A DNA stretch of 64,000 bases from Hyphochytrium catenoides (GCA_900088475.1 FLMG01002472.1:18979-82978), one strand, 5' to 3'. Positions 49,501 through 63,269 are shown, counted from the stretch's first letter. The notes: a model not told the origin generated them from the letters alone. Numbers and translations: made by a program.

Positions 49501-52500
49501 TCAGGACATCTGCGGCGGGAGTGGAGGTGTCGGCACCCTGCTGGATGATTTAGGGCCCCAGACTCGCAGCGTGAAGTCCGCTGATCCTGAGACTAGAAGA
49601 GGCTCCGAGGGATGGAAGTCTACACTATACACGCGGTCACTGTGGCCATCAAGACGCTGCAGTAGAGTGCCCGTGCCCTATCAGGAGGAGAGAACGCGGA
49701 GCGGATCACAAGTAAGGGGTAAAGGCGTTAAAAAGTTGAAGGCAATGGGTTAGACTATAATGAGACGAGAGAGCAGTTGATGGAAAGGAACGGGTAGGAA
49801 AAGGATAGAGCTTATGAAGGAGCAACGCGCTCTCACAGAAAAAGTATGAGGACGGAGAAGAGAACCCTAATATGCTGGAGAGCCGTAGAGTTCTTTGCCA
49901 CCAGCGTGACGCCGGGTCATTCAGAGGTGGACAGGGATATTTGACACACCTCAGGGCCGGATACATCATAGATATAAACACGGTTGTCTGCACTGCCGGT
50001 GGCCAGAAGCATCGCCTCCTGAAGGTTCCCTCGCGCGTCGCCGGGACTTAGAAGGAGAGATCACAGACTTATCAGTGACTTAGAAGCCAGGAAAGCGACA
50101 GTGGCTAAAAGGCAGTAGCGGCTGACGGTGCGTAGAGAGATGGAGTGGAGCAGTCGCGAAAGGACACGCAAAAATTAGTTTCGACTCACAACTGCGCTTC
50201 AGGGCCAAATATCTCTGTCTCCTCTCCATCGATAGATCCTGGGGTTCTATAAGGTGGTCTAGCGGCTTGAACTCTGTACGACGCACCCATAAAGAAAGAG
50301 CTTCTAATGGGCCAGCTCTTATTTCTATGACCTGTTGCGTGGCAGCGCAGGTATCGGCATCAGATCGGTATAGCATATCATGGGTTTGGGACAAGAGAGG
50401 ACGTAGAGCGTTGATGCGTCGATGAGGTCTTAAACAAGGGTGCGACAGGTCTATAGGAGTTTAACACAAAGGAGGATAACAGGAATCAACAGGAGAGGGT
50501 AAGACGGAGATCCCTTGCTCTACCTTTAAGTTGATGGACAAGGTGCATCGCCGAACGAGCTTGCAGATGGCTGAGCAGGAGCGACCCCCTACTCATCACA
50601 AGCAAGCATTGTAGAATAGCTGTGAGCCTTAGCAGGCGGACCTGAGATGCGATGACCCACAAAGGGAGGGAACACTCTAACGAGAAGTGTACACAATATG
50701 AAAAGGACTCTACCAAAGTGCATGATCCTGTTCCTGAAGGCGATCTACCTGTCATAGACCCGGAGTATATTGTCATAACTATTCACCGCTAAAAAGCGCT
50801 CCTCTTGTTCTCCTGCTTGAAAGGCAAAAGAAAATTGCATTCAGAAGGTAAAGCTGAAATGTGGAGAGTCCAACCGGGCGGCATCTAGTGATGAAAGGGA
50901 ACACATATCAAGGTGACACAGTATTGGCTTTCTCTCGGTCCCTAACACCGTTCAAGGCCCTTACCATTCCCTCCTGCTAGCGTTGCCGGCGAAGCATGGA
51001 TGTGAGTTATAGAGTGATGACCCTCGTCATTTAGATGACTCCACTCATCCAAAGGCTCAGACTTGCGCAGGTCCCAAGTCTTGATCATCCCCTGAGGTTT
51101 ATATAACATTGAGGTGAGTCCTCCCTGATCCTGTCAATTTTGTCCTGTCTGCTCCAACGGCTACCTCAGACTTCTAAGCGTGCCTTGCCTCTAACATAGG
51201 TACCCACGTCTTCGTTCTATCTTGTCTTATTCTCTCCCTTCCGTTTCTTTTCTGCTTTCCCTCGGTCAATCTTATCTCTTTTTCTCTCTCTAGCTCTTTC
51301 TCTCTTAACAGTCCTCTTTCCGGCCCCGCCGCTTCTCGAACTTCTCTCTCTCCTTCATTCTCTTTCTCCGTGCAGGTGGAAGGAGGCCTGATACCCAGCT
51401 ATACCTGCGAGTCACCAGCTATGATCTTCTGGCCGTTCTTGCAGAGATGTAACGTGTTGACCATAGCGTCATTTTTCCAAACCGAGACCATCTCCGGAGA
51501 ACGGGAGTCAAAGATATAGACTTTCTTCTGGGTTGTACCGGTCGCAAAGATATTATTATCTGGGTAGGCACGAAGAGTATGAGAATGGGACGATAACTGA
51601 CAGAAAGAGAAGGGCCAAGTAAGGATACGTCACACCGCCGAGATTGCAGTCCAACCATGACGTATCACTTACGGAGGTGCAGAGAAGCGCACTGATAAAA
51701 GAGGAGACCAGAAAACAATGACAAGATTTATTTTCTCGGAATGGAAACACAGGCAATGTAGGGAGCAAGAAGATGGAGAGAGGAAGAAGAGACCAGAGAG
51801 GAGAACAGAGAAAGCATTCAAGACCAGACCTGCAGGGTTAAAACCGACACATTGAGCGAAGCCTTGGACTTTGTAGGTGTCTAAGAGGGAGCTTCCCTCC
51901 ACGTCCCAGCGTTTGACAGAGTGGTCGTAGCTCGCACTCAGAAGAGAGTGGCTGTCATTGGACCAACTGCAGAAAGCAGGATAGAACCAGCAACTGAGAA
52001 TGCAGAAAAGAGCTACGGTGGAGTGGCCACTAGGGCCAGCCAGGACTGAAAGAAACGACCTCAGGTGCTGCTATGATTTTTACCTTAGATCAGCCACTAC
52101 TTGCTTGTGGTCGGCCAGCACCGAAGCCTGTCAATGAGATGACCGGTAAGAACGCTAGAGAGATCTTTGAACCACTATAAGAGCAGAGGAAGCGACCAAA
52201 GAGCAGCGAGAGAGAAGAGAGGGACAGAGAGAGCGAGAGAGAAAAAGACAAGAATGGGAGAACAGACGGAGATCTCTAAAGCAAAGACGGGATGATGCCC
52301 AAGACATCGAGGGAGAAATCGACGGAGAGAGACAGAGAGTGAGGAAATACACTGAGCACACCCTCATCGACTTAAGTGTCAGGCGCTCACTCTGCTACGT
52401 TGACACCGTTCTCACCTGATGCTGATTTAGGTGTGAGGTCATGTCCCACACTCTCACTGTCTGGTCAAAGGACCCAGAAGAAAGTAGCCGGCCACAAGGA

Positions 52501-53942
52501 GAGAATTTTGCCACGTACACAGCTCCGGTATGGCCCTGTGAAGGATAGATGAGTGAGATAAGAGAAAACCGAGGTAGTTTTGAGGAGAACTATTCGAGGA
52601 GAGATACAGAGAAAGAGGAACGCATGGTACCCTCAATGATTTTACCTTCAGCTCGTACTTCTGAGCAAAAAGCTTGCCATCCTCATCCGCTCTTTCTCTT
52701 GGAATTCCTGGTCGAGAGATAGGGCAGGGTAGTCACGTACTGATCAGAGATAGACGAGGAGACAAGTGGTGGATGGACGTCTGCTTAATTCTAGGAGCGA
52801 GATTAGATGACAAAAGACGAGACAAAGGCCCATTGAAGGCAAAGCCTAATTCTGTCAATGGACGATGGAAGAGAGGTTGTCAGAGGGAGATAGAGATAGA
52901 TAGTTAAAGAGAGAGAGCGCGAAGACAGAGATAGATGACGTCCTAATGTCTATCTCGAGGGTCAAAACCTGCTGCTTCTCTATCAACATGTGCAGGATCC
53001 AGGACAGAGTCGGAATGCAGTCCACCGCCGCCAAGTGCGGCGTCAATGTTGAAGGGTTGCATGCCAGACTTAGAAAGCTGCTGCTGGAGCAGATGCAGCC
53101 TAAAAGCAGAGACGAAAAAGAGCGAGGAGAGCGAGAGAGCGAGAAAGAGTACGGGACAGAGAGCGAATGGAAGAAAAAGAGTCTATGAGACACAACAACG
53201 GTACGCTATCGAAGATGCGGCCGTCAGCTTAAGACTACGGACTTGAGGATCTCACCGGTAGCTGAGCTCAAAGACAGACTTCTTGAGATCTCTGTTTTCT
53301 CTATCCAGCTTCTCTGCTTTCTGCCGCAGCGCCTTGGCCTCTTTAGACACGATCTGTAGCGCAAACGAACTGATGAGAAAGACAGACAAAGAGAGGGAAG
53401 AATAGAGAAAGAGAGAGAAGAAGAGAAGAGAAACAAGAGAAACCCATAGGTTCAAAGAACTCTAAAATCCAAGGTACACAGCTGAGCTAAATGATCGGAG
53501 TAGGTAAGACCAACAGCGGGTTGCGCCGACACCGATCTAGAGAAGGCAGGACTAACGAGAAAACTGAAGAGAACGAGAGATATGGAGGACGGCGCGGACA
53601 GAGTAAAGAGAAAGATGAGAGAGAGACAAAGGAGAGAGAGTGAGAGAGAGGGAAGAGACAGAGAAAGAGAGAAGAGGAAAGATGGCGTCGTGTGGGAACC
53701 CCGGGGGGGTGATACCCAAAGAGAAAGAGTAAAGGAGTATAAAGAAGAAAGGTCCATACGAAGCTGTGAGCAGAAAAAGAGCTAGGGAGAGGGACAGTAA
53801 GAGAGAGAGAAACAAAGAAAGAGAAGTAGAAAGATAGTCAGGGCAGCGTGACATGAGGAGAAGGGACAAATAAAGCTCATGTGACCTCATGCTGGGCCCG
53901 ATAATAGGCTTCAGTGCCAGAGCTCTTGCGCGAGGAAGACAT
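49501..53942 (-). CDS. WD40-repeat protein with N-terminal coiled coil, multi-exon
   Basis: Spliced reading MSSSRKSSGTEAYYRAQHE|IVSKEAKALRQKAEKLDRENRDLKKSVFELSYR ... GHTGAVYVAKFSPCGRLLSSGSFDQTVRVWD ... LLSASYDHSVKRWD ... GMIKTWD ... LAVNSYDNILRVYD ... LATGSADNRVYIYD ... GHSDRVYSVDFHPSEPLLVSGSADFTLRVW...QMS-TGA (49503-49501). Confidence 0.88.
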
Positions 53943-56273
53943 CGCGACTCACAGCTGGGAACTGGGAAGTGGGAGAGATCCTAACAAAAAGAGATATTGC
54001 TAAGGATACCTCTCTTCTTCGCCTTGTCTAGCTGGAGCCTTCCTTTGCGCTCAGGTTAATCCTGTCAGTGGACGACATAGCTCTCCGAGAACAATAAGCT
54101 TTTCGAGAGAGCGAAGGAGAGAGTGACAGCAAGACCCGTAAGGGCCAACGATAGTCTCCACTCTTCGTCTCCTTCCTGCTCCTTGTTGGCGTGAATTCCG
54201 ACCGTTCCCCTTCCCGCTTGAGATCTTCCGTCAATTCGTCGCTCTCTCTCTCTCTCTGTGCCCCTATGTTGGAGCCTCTAGAGCACTAGTCCATCCCACT
54301 ATAACGAGCCCACGCCTCCTCGTCTGCCAAGCTACAAAGTTGGCCTGCCTAGCGAGGGACTGCTCTGCCGGTTCTCCCTCTCTAATCCGTCTTGACCTTC
54401 ATCTCTTTCGTCTTCGCCTCCGTGTCACGTGCCCTTTTCTCCTCTGGAGCCAAGAATTTCGCCTTCTCTCTCTCCGCACGCGGCGGGCTCTCCCTCTCTG
54501 TCCTTTATCAGTAGCACAGAGTTTAGAGTGAACTGCCACGGTCTTCAGCGTTGCGGCGCGATAATCTTCTTCCTTTCTTGATACCACGGGACTTCAGTTG
54601 TCTCTATCATGAGGTGCCTCGCCTCTCTTCTGTATCTCGTTCTGTCTCTCTACCACTCCCTTTGCCTCCCTCTCTGTCTCTCTCTCTGTCTTTCAGCCAG
54701 TATCTCTCTCTTCAGTTCCTCTTTCTGTATCTCGTCATTCTCTCGGTCTCTGGGTCTCTCGTCTCTCTCTCTCTTCTTCTCTGTCTGACGCTGTCACTCT
54801 GTCTAACCCTCGTTTCCTATCTCTCAAGCTCTCTGTTTCGTACCTGTCCTTCCTTCCCCTCAGTTCAGATACCAGGCCTCCCCCAGGACCCATGACATGC
54901 TGGCAAGGATGACGGAGGCTCTGAGGCCCTTCGTGCAAGATTTTCATCGAGGCAGCGCAGCGATCCTCCATTTCAGGGTTTGGCGCGGACACCTGGCGCG
55001 CCTGGTCGGTGCGTGGGCCTGAGCTCATTGATGCCATCTCTCCCGCTGGGTAGCTTTGCCCTCCTGCTTTCGCTTAGGGGAGAGCGGCTTAATCACAGAG
55101 TTAAGTAAGAGAGACTGACCTTATGCGTTATGCGTGGAGTGTGGATTGCAAACGCAGACTCTTCACCTCACATGTGACGACGAGGGTCACGTTCTCAGGC
55201 AAGCTCACCTCTGTGGAAGCTCTTCTGTCCACCAGTGCGTCGTTAGCAGAATGTGGTTCCCCTCTTATGCTATGACAAGACCTTTTGGGCTAAGTAATAA
55301 CACTATCCAAGTCAAAAGCTAGCTAACCAATCAGCTCCTTACCTGCAGTTGTTGTCCGTTGGCCTTCTGCTTTAAGGTCTCCCTTTCCTACATAAGAATG
55401 CTCTTCGTAGGAGTATTTTGCTGCGTGGCCGCGGCGACCACGAGTGCGGCCACTTTCCTAGCAGCTGGTAGAGCTCAGAAGTGCTCGGAGTTTGGAAGCG
55501 TCGAACAAATGAAGAGACGGGGAAACGCAACGCGATAGCAGTCTTTCAATTTGCTTCGCACCACCGGTCGTTTGAACACTGCAGCGAAGATGATATCGTA
55601 GAAGTAAGATGCTATTCATTGATCGGCGCAGTATGCCTTGAATGTGTGTGAGCATCTCTAGCACTCACCTCTGAAGGAGGATGGTGGCTTGACTGTCCAT
55701 TGAGGCAGAGCTCACTATCACCACGCCCTGAGCTGCTCATGAAGATCACTTCTAGAAGTTTAGAGCTTGGTGCATTATACTATTGATTCATGGAGACCAG
55801 GCTCATCTATGACGATGAAAGATGCCCATCTGGGAATCTGATAAACGCTATTCCCTCCGGTTGCGTTAGTGCAAGGCCATGGGCCCCAGAGCTTGTCTTG
55901 AGCTGATACACAGACTGGCTGTCGCTGCGGTGATGGTGCGGATCATTCTCAAGTATCAATAACAGGCCTTGCGGCTGATGAGAGGTAATAAAACTTGTGC
56001 CGTCTGCCGTTGAGCTCCTGGCTCATCGCTGACTAGGCTTACGAGGGCTAATGTTAAACGATCTCTCTTCTTTCTCATCTTCAACACATGGTCTTCCCTT
56101 TCTTACTTAACGATGTCGCCTCCAAGGCGGTCCCGCTAGCCATTGGTTAAAAAAAGACAAGATGTGATGACTTTATTGGTAGCTCTGGTTTGGAAAGACC
56201 ACAGAGGCGGTAGACTTGAGAGACACAGTGTAAAGCTCATGATAAGCTCGCTTTCCTGTTAATTGGACAGGCT

Positions 56274-57227
56274 CTACAAAGTCTTACCAACTTCCTCCTC
56301 GCCAGGCAGTAGCGTGCCATTGGTCTTCGCTGCGTAGTGCGCCCGTGCAACAAATCCATAGATTGGTAGATACTCATCTAGGAACGGAAGGAGTTCCGCA
56401 CTTCCAGGAGTGTTCCTCCAGTCTCGCATAAGGTCCATGGCGATGGCGAACATGCTCATAGTGGTCACACCAGCAGCACGCATGCGATCATTAGCGTCAT
56501 CAGCAACGCGCTGATCAAAAGTCCCTGACGCCTCGATGTTCGCCCAGACGTCATATCCTGCATTTCTTAGAGAAAGCGCCAGGAAAGTCGTGCATACCTA
56601 TGTGGCAGAATGACCAGGAGCGAAGGAACACTTTAGAATGAGAGTGGCGTGCATGTTCCCCTGAGAAGGTGACAAGGTCACATCATGGGTCTCCATACAT
56701 CAGTTGTGATCCCCGCCAGTATGACTTGCTTCTTGCCAGTAGCTTCGACTGCTGCGCGAAACTCTGGGTTATCCCATGCATCCACTTCGCCGTTGCGCCT
56801 TATGATGGGAGCATTGGGATGCATCTCCAAGATCTCTTTCGGCAACGGTCCATTGGGACCTGGTGATTGAGCGGTAGCTCATCGTCAAATTCAGAAGTAA
56901 TACCATCGACAAGGGCACCGCTTGGCGTGGGTAGAAGAGGAGGATATGTATGCAAGAGGCAGGCTAACCTTGTTCAGCACTTGTCGTGAGAATGGTGGGG
57001 AGATTGAAGACGTTCCCGAGAGCCGCGTGGGCTAGTACGTTGCTCTTGAATTGTTGAAACTCGAAGTCCCTCACTAACTGGAAAAGTCCCACTTGGTGGT
57101 CAACGACAAGAAGAACGGCATTATTTTTGTCCAGACGTATGTAGGGCTGCTGCTCTGCCCTGCTGCCAACCGCCGCAAGGATCATAAAGAAGATACTAGC
57201 CCTCATTATGCCGCAATTGCCTCTCAT
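56274..57227 (-). CDS. YcaC-like isochorismatase-family (cysteine) hydrolase with signal-peptide-like N-terminus
   Basis: Exons 57227 (or 57206)-56969, 56859-56699 and 56597-56274: YIRLDKNNAVLLVVDHQVGL...LPTILTTSAEQG|PNGPL...RNGEVDAWDN...QVILAGITTD|VCTTFLALS...EASGT...DLMRDWRN. Catalytic Asp, Arg and Cys positions are present. Confidence 0.92.
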
Positions 57228-58815
57228 TGTTGGATAAGGGAAGCGGCGGAAAAATGCGTGGTACTATTGCGGCGGAGGTAACTAGCGCTGCTGTTGCTGA
57301 ATTGACAACGTTGAGGTCTGTCTGGAAAATCGAAGAATGAGGATGGCTAGTAGGCACCGTACACGGAGGCTAGCGCCTCCCTGACAGTCTACCTTCACAG
57401 AGATCTGACGTTGCCTCAACTAGGCAACAGCTAGAGCCACGCTGCAGGAGTGGCACGAAGCTACGACGTAGCACTAGAGCGATGATGTATGCATAGGAGC
57501 TGATGCGTTCAGTTCTGCTTGTTACTCAGACGAACAAGAGATCCTACGATCCTTCCTTTGCTTGGAAGCGTAGGGTCTGGTAAGCGCAATGGTATTTAAT
57601 GCATCTGAGGAACTGTATGCCCTGAGGGGTAGGAGGTGCTGCTTACTCTCTCGACCTTTGCCTGACTGAACAATGTGGAGATCAGCAGCTGCGGTTTCCT
57701 CGAACGTCGCCCTCAGTTCTGACCTCGAGCCTACGTTCTCCCATTCTTTGAGGGCGCTCTTGTGGATCACCGTGCTAAGATGTAGTAAAGGCCACGATCA
57801 TTGCGAAACCTCAAACTCTCTATTACTCGGCTTATGTGCGGATAGCCCCTCAACTATCTGCCTTCGTCCTCGGTCTCAACCTCTCTTCCCGCCCGAGAGC
57901 AAGAGCATCTGCTGGAACTGCCAAACTCTAACTGCTACTCCCTACTAGTGGTTGTCGTTGAGTCCATTGTGGCAACCATGTGCGAAGCTTTGAACTGAAC
58001 CTGACAGAGAATGAGCTCCGCGATCTTCCAAAACCTTGCTCGATGACTCCTCTGTTGTGCGAAGGTCCGGTTATTTCCAGGGACTTTGGGCTTGAACAGA
58101 CCAGCTTGACGACCTCTTCGGGCAGCTATAACCCCTTCTTGAGGAAAGTGCACGGCAATCAAGTAGCTCCTGCCCTACGAAGCATCCTCTTCCCTTCACC
58201 TACAACCCAGCTGCCGTGGTAGTTCTACCCTGGTCGATGACCAATGACGACTCTTCCTCGGCAATGGACGAAAGATTTTAGAAGGCGCAACTGCAGGCTT
58301 CGGATTGTGCACTGCATGGAGCCCAACGTCTGGTTCCCAGATGCGTCTGATGATTAAGCCCCAAGCGCAAGGCACCTGACTGTCAGCGTCATTGTCTGCT
58401 TCCGCCTCGCTCTTCATCATCATGGCAGTTCGAAGAACAGCACAGCATTCATTCCCCAGGCCAAAGATTCCAAGGCTTGGACGCTGCAGCGATGGATCTT
58501 TCGCGTGACGGGAGCGGCTTCGGATATCTTTCTACAGTAACTTTGCCACCAAACTTTCGTGAAACCTTGTGTCATGGCACTGGCTTGGTTTTGTTTCGTT
58601 TATCTTCGAAGCTTGGTAAGCTTCAATACGAAAGCTTCAGAACTTCCATCCGCCCTTGTCATTAGGATTCTGAGGAGCGCTCTTCGGGCGGCTCATAAAG
58701 GGTAAAGTCTATGTCGTTCGTGATGTTACGCACAGGAGTTCACGTCCACTCTGTCCGTTACGGATCAGAACTTTGGCTTGTCTGTTCTTGATTATTTCAT
58801 AGGTCTCCAGTCACA

Positions 58816-58864
<49 letters not shown>

Positions 58865-59375
58865 CCTCTCTCTCTCTCTCTTTCTCTCTCTGTCTGTCTG
58901 TCTCTCTCTTTCTCTCTCTCTCTCTGTTTGTCTTGTCACTCTCTCTCTGTCTGTCTTATCACACTCTCTCGCTTGCTCTAGCCTCTCTCTCTGCCTCTCT
59001 GTCTCTGTCTCTCACCTCTCTCTCTCTGTGTCTCTCTCTGTGTCTCTCTCTGTGTCTCTCTCTCTCTCTGTCTCCCTTTCTCTGTCTCCCTCTCTCTGTC
59101 TCTCTCTCTGTCTCCCTCCCTTTCTCTGTCTCCCTCTCTCTGTCTCCCTCTCTCTCTGTCTCTAAACTCTGTCTCTCTCATCCGTCTCTCTCTGCCTCCC
59201 TCTCTCTCTCTCTCTCTCCTCCCTCTCTCACTCTCTCCCTCCCCTCTCCTGTCTCACTCGCTCTCTTTCTGTCTGTCCTGTTCTCCTCCTCTCTCTCCTC
59301 TCCGTCTCGCTTTCTTTTTCCCTCCCTCCCTTCCTCCCTCTCCTGCTCTTGCTCCTTTTCTCTCGCTCTCTCCGA
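58816..59375. repeat. Long imperfect (CT)n/(GA)n homopyrimidine tract, about 560 bp
   Basis: Nearly pure C/T on the + strand, starting with a perfect (TC)n run at about 58821-58862. Confidence 0.95.
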
Positions 59376-60706
59376 CTCCCATGTCCTGCCTGCCGTCCCT
59401 GAAAACATCCTCAGAGTCCATCCCCGACGGTATCTTTGGCTGTCCAGGCTCTGTCATCCTCTCAATCAACCTGCTAGCAACAGGGACCTAAGCGTTGCTA
59501 TCCTGCGGCCCGTCTTCCTATAGCCATGATCCTACCTACGGCGCGCTGCTAACTTCCCTTCTTTCCTGCTGATGCATACCTTCTAACCTCTGTGAACCTC
59601 TTTCCTTCCCTGGTACAGCGCTCCCTCGGCTCGCAGTGCCGCTCTCAGAGTATGGCGGGACATAAAGATGCTCATCAGGAGACGCTGTCGATCAGATTGT
59701 TTTCTCTTTTTACCCTCGTAGCGCAATGGTCCTTCCTGCTTTTTCTAAACACCTCCTCTCTTTTCTCTCTCCTCTTTCTTTCTTGCTTCTCTTTCTTATT
59801 CTGTCTCTCTGTCTCTGTCTCCCATGTCTTCTATCACTCCCTTTCTATTAGTTCTCTCGATCCTCGTCTCTCTTCGGCCTTTCCAGGCTGATGTTTGCCA
59901 CATGGATTAATCAGTCACGGGCGGCGGCACGACTCTCAGAAACCTTCACCGCGTTTTGATGGACGAGCAAAGGAAAGACAGCAGATAATATGGAAAGACC
60001 AAGAGCTGAGAGGAATGCGAAAGAGAGACACAGAAAGAGACAGACAGAGCAAGGGGCGGAGACATGGTGTGAGAGGAGAGACAGCGAGCGAGAACGAGAG
60101 AGAGAGAGAAGAGCCTTTAGATGGATGTGCTCTTGGCAATCAGCAAGCTGTAGAGTGGTACGGGAGGCTTTGGAAACTGGCCAACGCGCCAAGTAGGGCA
60201 TGGTCGATAGGAAGCGCCATTTAGAGGTGATGGGCCGAGGAAGAGGTACTATTCCTTCATTAACGGGTCTCCTCCTTCGAGGATTCTCTCCCTTTCTCAG
60301 GAGAGCAGCAGAGCACCTCTTTTCTTCTCCAAAGCTTCTCTTTGTGCACACTGAAAGAAACGTTCTTCCTCTGTCTCTCTCTCTGTCTTTGAGCATAAAC
60401 CCTTCGTTTGGCCAGCTGCTAGTGGATGACGGTACAATCCCTTTCTCTCTTGGATCCCCTTCGTAGCCTTCAAACGCACTCCACTTCCTCTCTCTCTCTC
60501 TCTCTAAGTCTCTCTCTGTGTGTCTCTCTCTCTTGCCCTTTCCTTAAACTGCTGCTGTCTCTCTCCTCAATTGGTCGACAAGAAACCTTTTGTCCATTGC
60601 ACAATCTTATATTACAAAGTCAAGCAGCTTTCTTGCTTCCCGACGCTGTCTACCCCTGTAGCCTAATAATATAACTGCTGCTTGCTCTTGATAGTTTTGG
60701 TCTCTC

Positions 60707-62423
60707 TTAGCTCGAGTCTGAGCTCAGCTCCTCGATCACTGCGAAGCTGCTGCTGGTAGGACATTTCTTCCGAACGCCTACCTTTCTCTCACTCTTTTCT
60801 CTCTCTCCACTTCTCTCTCCTTTTCCCTCATTTCTCTCTTCATCTGCACTTTCAGGCGCTGGCAGCGCCAACGCCCGAAGATCTTCAATTCTTACAAGTC
60901 TGTCTGGGAAGTTGATCTTGAAGGAAATCTTTAGGTTGCCAAAGGAGTTTCTCTCTGGATTGGTAGGCATTCCTTCTCCACTCACCACGATGACAGACTC
61001 CGGAGAGATAACCTTCCTAACATTCACAGCAATGTCTCTGTTGTCCAACGATCGGACATGCAGCGTCACTCCTGTTAGCGCCTCGACCAGACTGATCGGC
61101 GCAACATACAGAAGATCATCGCCTTCCCGTCTGAAGTACTTATGCGCTCTTTCACGCATTTCTAGCACGATATCCTCAGGAGAGGAGCCTATCTTTCTAT
61201 GCCCTGCACTCTCATAGGTTATTCTCGTCCCATGTCTCCATCCAGGCTTTATCGGCACCTCAAGAGTCTTTAGAATGTGATCCGTAACGCCGAGAGACTC
61301 ATCGTGCACTAGAGTATCTATCTGGAACCTCTTCCGACAGCCTGCGTAAAGCTCTTCTAAGGTACATTCAAAGAGTTCCACCCCGCTCTTCCGACTTCTC
61401 CAGTCGTTGACGGCGTTCCGCCGTCGCTCTACATCTCTGGCGTATCTTGCGGCATCTTCATAGTCGAAAGCTGGGGGCTCTGTCACGGAGATGGTTGGTT
61501 GTTTGATACCGCGAGGAATAGAGAAAGTGGGAGAGAAAGAAGGAGTTGTGCGCGGCCGTTTGTTGGTCCTCCGTCTAGAGAAAGGTCCAAGATTAGCCTT
61601 CTCCTCTTCTGAGGAGTAGAAGTTCATGAATGAGTCAAGTCCTTGCAATCTCTCCTCTCCAAAGAAAGATTGGAAGAGGTCGAGAATGTCCTCAGGCGAT
61701 GCGCTGTCGCTAGAGAAGCTGCTTGAGCCTGTGGAAGCGCCGCTGTTGCTCAGATGAAGATCGTACATCCGTCTGGAGTTTGGCTCGCTGCCATAGCAGT
61801 AACGAGGAGAAGAGAGAGCAAGAGCAGGGAGAGAAGAGACGTGGACCTTGTGAGCGCTCGATAGTGAGGACACTGTAGACCCTGGCGCGATAGCAGAGGT
61901 CCAAACAAAAAGCAGAGGTCCAAACAAAAAGATCTACGATGACAGCAGGTTGGCCACAAGCTACGAGATGAAGAGAATGATAGGAGAATACCTTGCAGGC
62001 GAGCTCTGTATAAACGGTAAAATGCTGCCTAGAAAGCACAAACAACAATAACGTCTCCAACATCTCTCTCTCTCTCTCTTTCTCTCTCTCCATCGCTCGC
62101 TCTCACCTTAAACATCGATAAGCCTCCAGAACCTGGTGGAATCTTCGCTTAGAGATCACAGGGTCAACTTCCTTGCACTTGTCCGGATGGAACTTCACGA
62201 CCAGCGTGCGGAACCTTGAGCGGACATCCTGCATCGTGGCATGGCGAGGAAGGTCCAGGATCTTATAGAAATCTTGGCTTTCTCCTTCCTCTTCCTCGTC
62301 CATGGCGTCTGCTTCTGAGTCTCTTCTCCCGTCTTTGGTCTCTTCCTCCTCATCTATGGTGCATGTGGCCCCGGAGACGCCAATGGTGGCGCTCTCCTCT
62401 CTATCACTGCCCCCGCGCATCAT
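60707..62423 (-). CDS. Class II (DNAJB-type) DnaJ/Hsp40, two exons, about 465 aa
   Basis: Exon 62423-62107 has a J-domain (DFYKILDL...KFHPDK...EAYRCL). The intron 62106-61788 joins it to SEPNSRRMYD. Exon 61787-60707 has a DnaJ C-terminal domain (CTLEELYAG...IKPGWRHGTRITY...ISLVEALTG...GEGMP...GNLKISFKINFP). No CxxCxGxG zinc finger. Confidence 0.92.
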
Positions 62424-63269
62424 CTTTGCATAATGAAAGACAGCGTTTGGGACTTTTCCAGCGCTTTGTTTCCCTCTGTTTCCCTTCGCTCCGAACTGCT
62501 CTGTCTTCCTTCCTCTGCCCTGCGAAAGGCTGCAAGAGCCGTCAATGCAGAGTCAGCGCCTGATGGGGAAAGAGTGAGATGCTCCTGACTTGGTAGACGA
62601 GAGAGGGCTTTTGGACAAAGCGAAAGACTGCGAACGAGAGAGAGAGAGATTGTCTCCTGTCTCCTCTCTCTACGGATGTAACTTGGCTCATGAGGCTGAG
62701 GAGCGCAGGGCCTTTTCCAAAACATTTCTCTCTCTCTCTCTCTGTCGCTTTTCAGTCAAGAAAGAGAAATTGACAACTAGGCAGACGTCTCTTTACCTGT
62801 TCCCTCTTGAAAAATTTTGCTCTTTTCTTGCTCCCTCTCTTGCTCTTGTCTAGCTCGCAGAGGAATCCGTAGGATGGGCTTTGAAGAAGAGGACAAGCTC
62901 TCTTGTACGTCTTCCCTCTTCGACTGCTACTTTCCTTATGTGGCAGTGTCTCCCTCGGTGTCTCGTCCGTTAGCTTATCAGACTGTTCTCCTCTTCTCTC
63001 CCTTGACCTCGCGTCCAAATATTTGTCTTGCTCTACCTGCTCCGGGTTAATGGGAAAGATTGTGTGTCTCTCTTTCGTCGCTTTGCTCTCTCTCTTCCGT
63101 GCGCTGCGCCGTCAGTGCAATAGCAGACCATAATAAGTGTTATGGCGAATACGAAGGTCCCGTATGCACGCTTTTCTTCTCCAACATTAGAAGCTCAACC
63201 ACCGGCTTTAGGTGCCGCCTGACGAACAAGTTGGCTTACGGTAAGGAAAGAGATCGAAACAGGAGAGAG

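Noticed and set aside
61892-61929. 19-bp tandem duplication AGCAGAGGTCCAAACAAAA x2 in the DnaJ intron
   Set aside because: Two adjacent copies without spacers; ordinary slippage, not a CRISPR array or an element end.
60707-62423. Calling the DnaJ the radial-spoke HSP40 (DNAJB13/RSP16) to support a ciliary cluster
   Set aside because: It keeps a canonical HPD and has long extensions; orthology needs a phylogeny.
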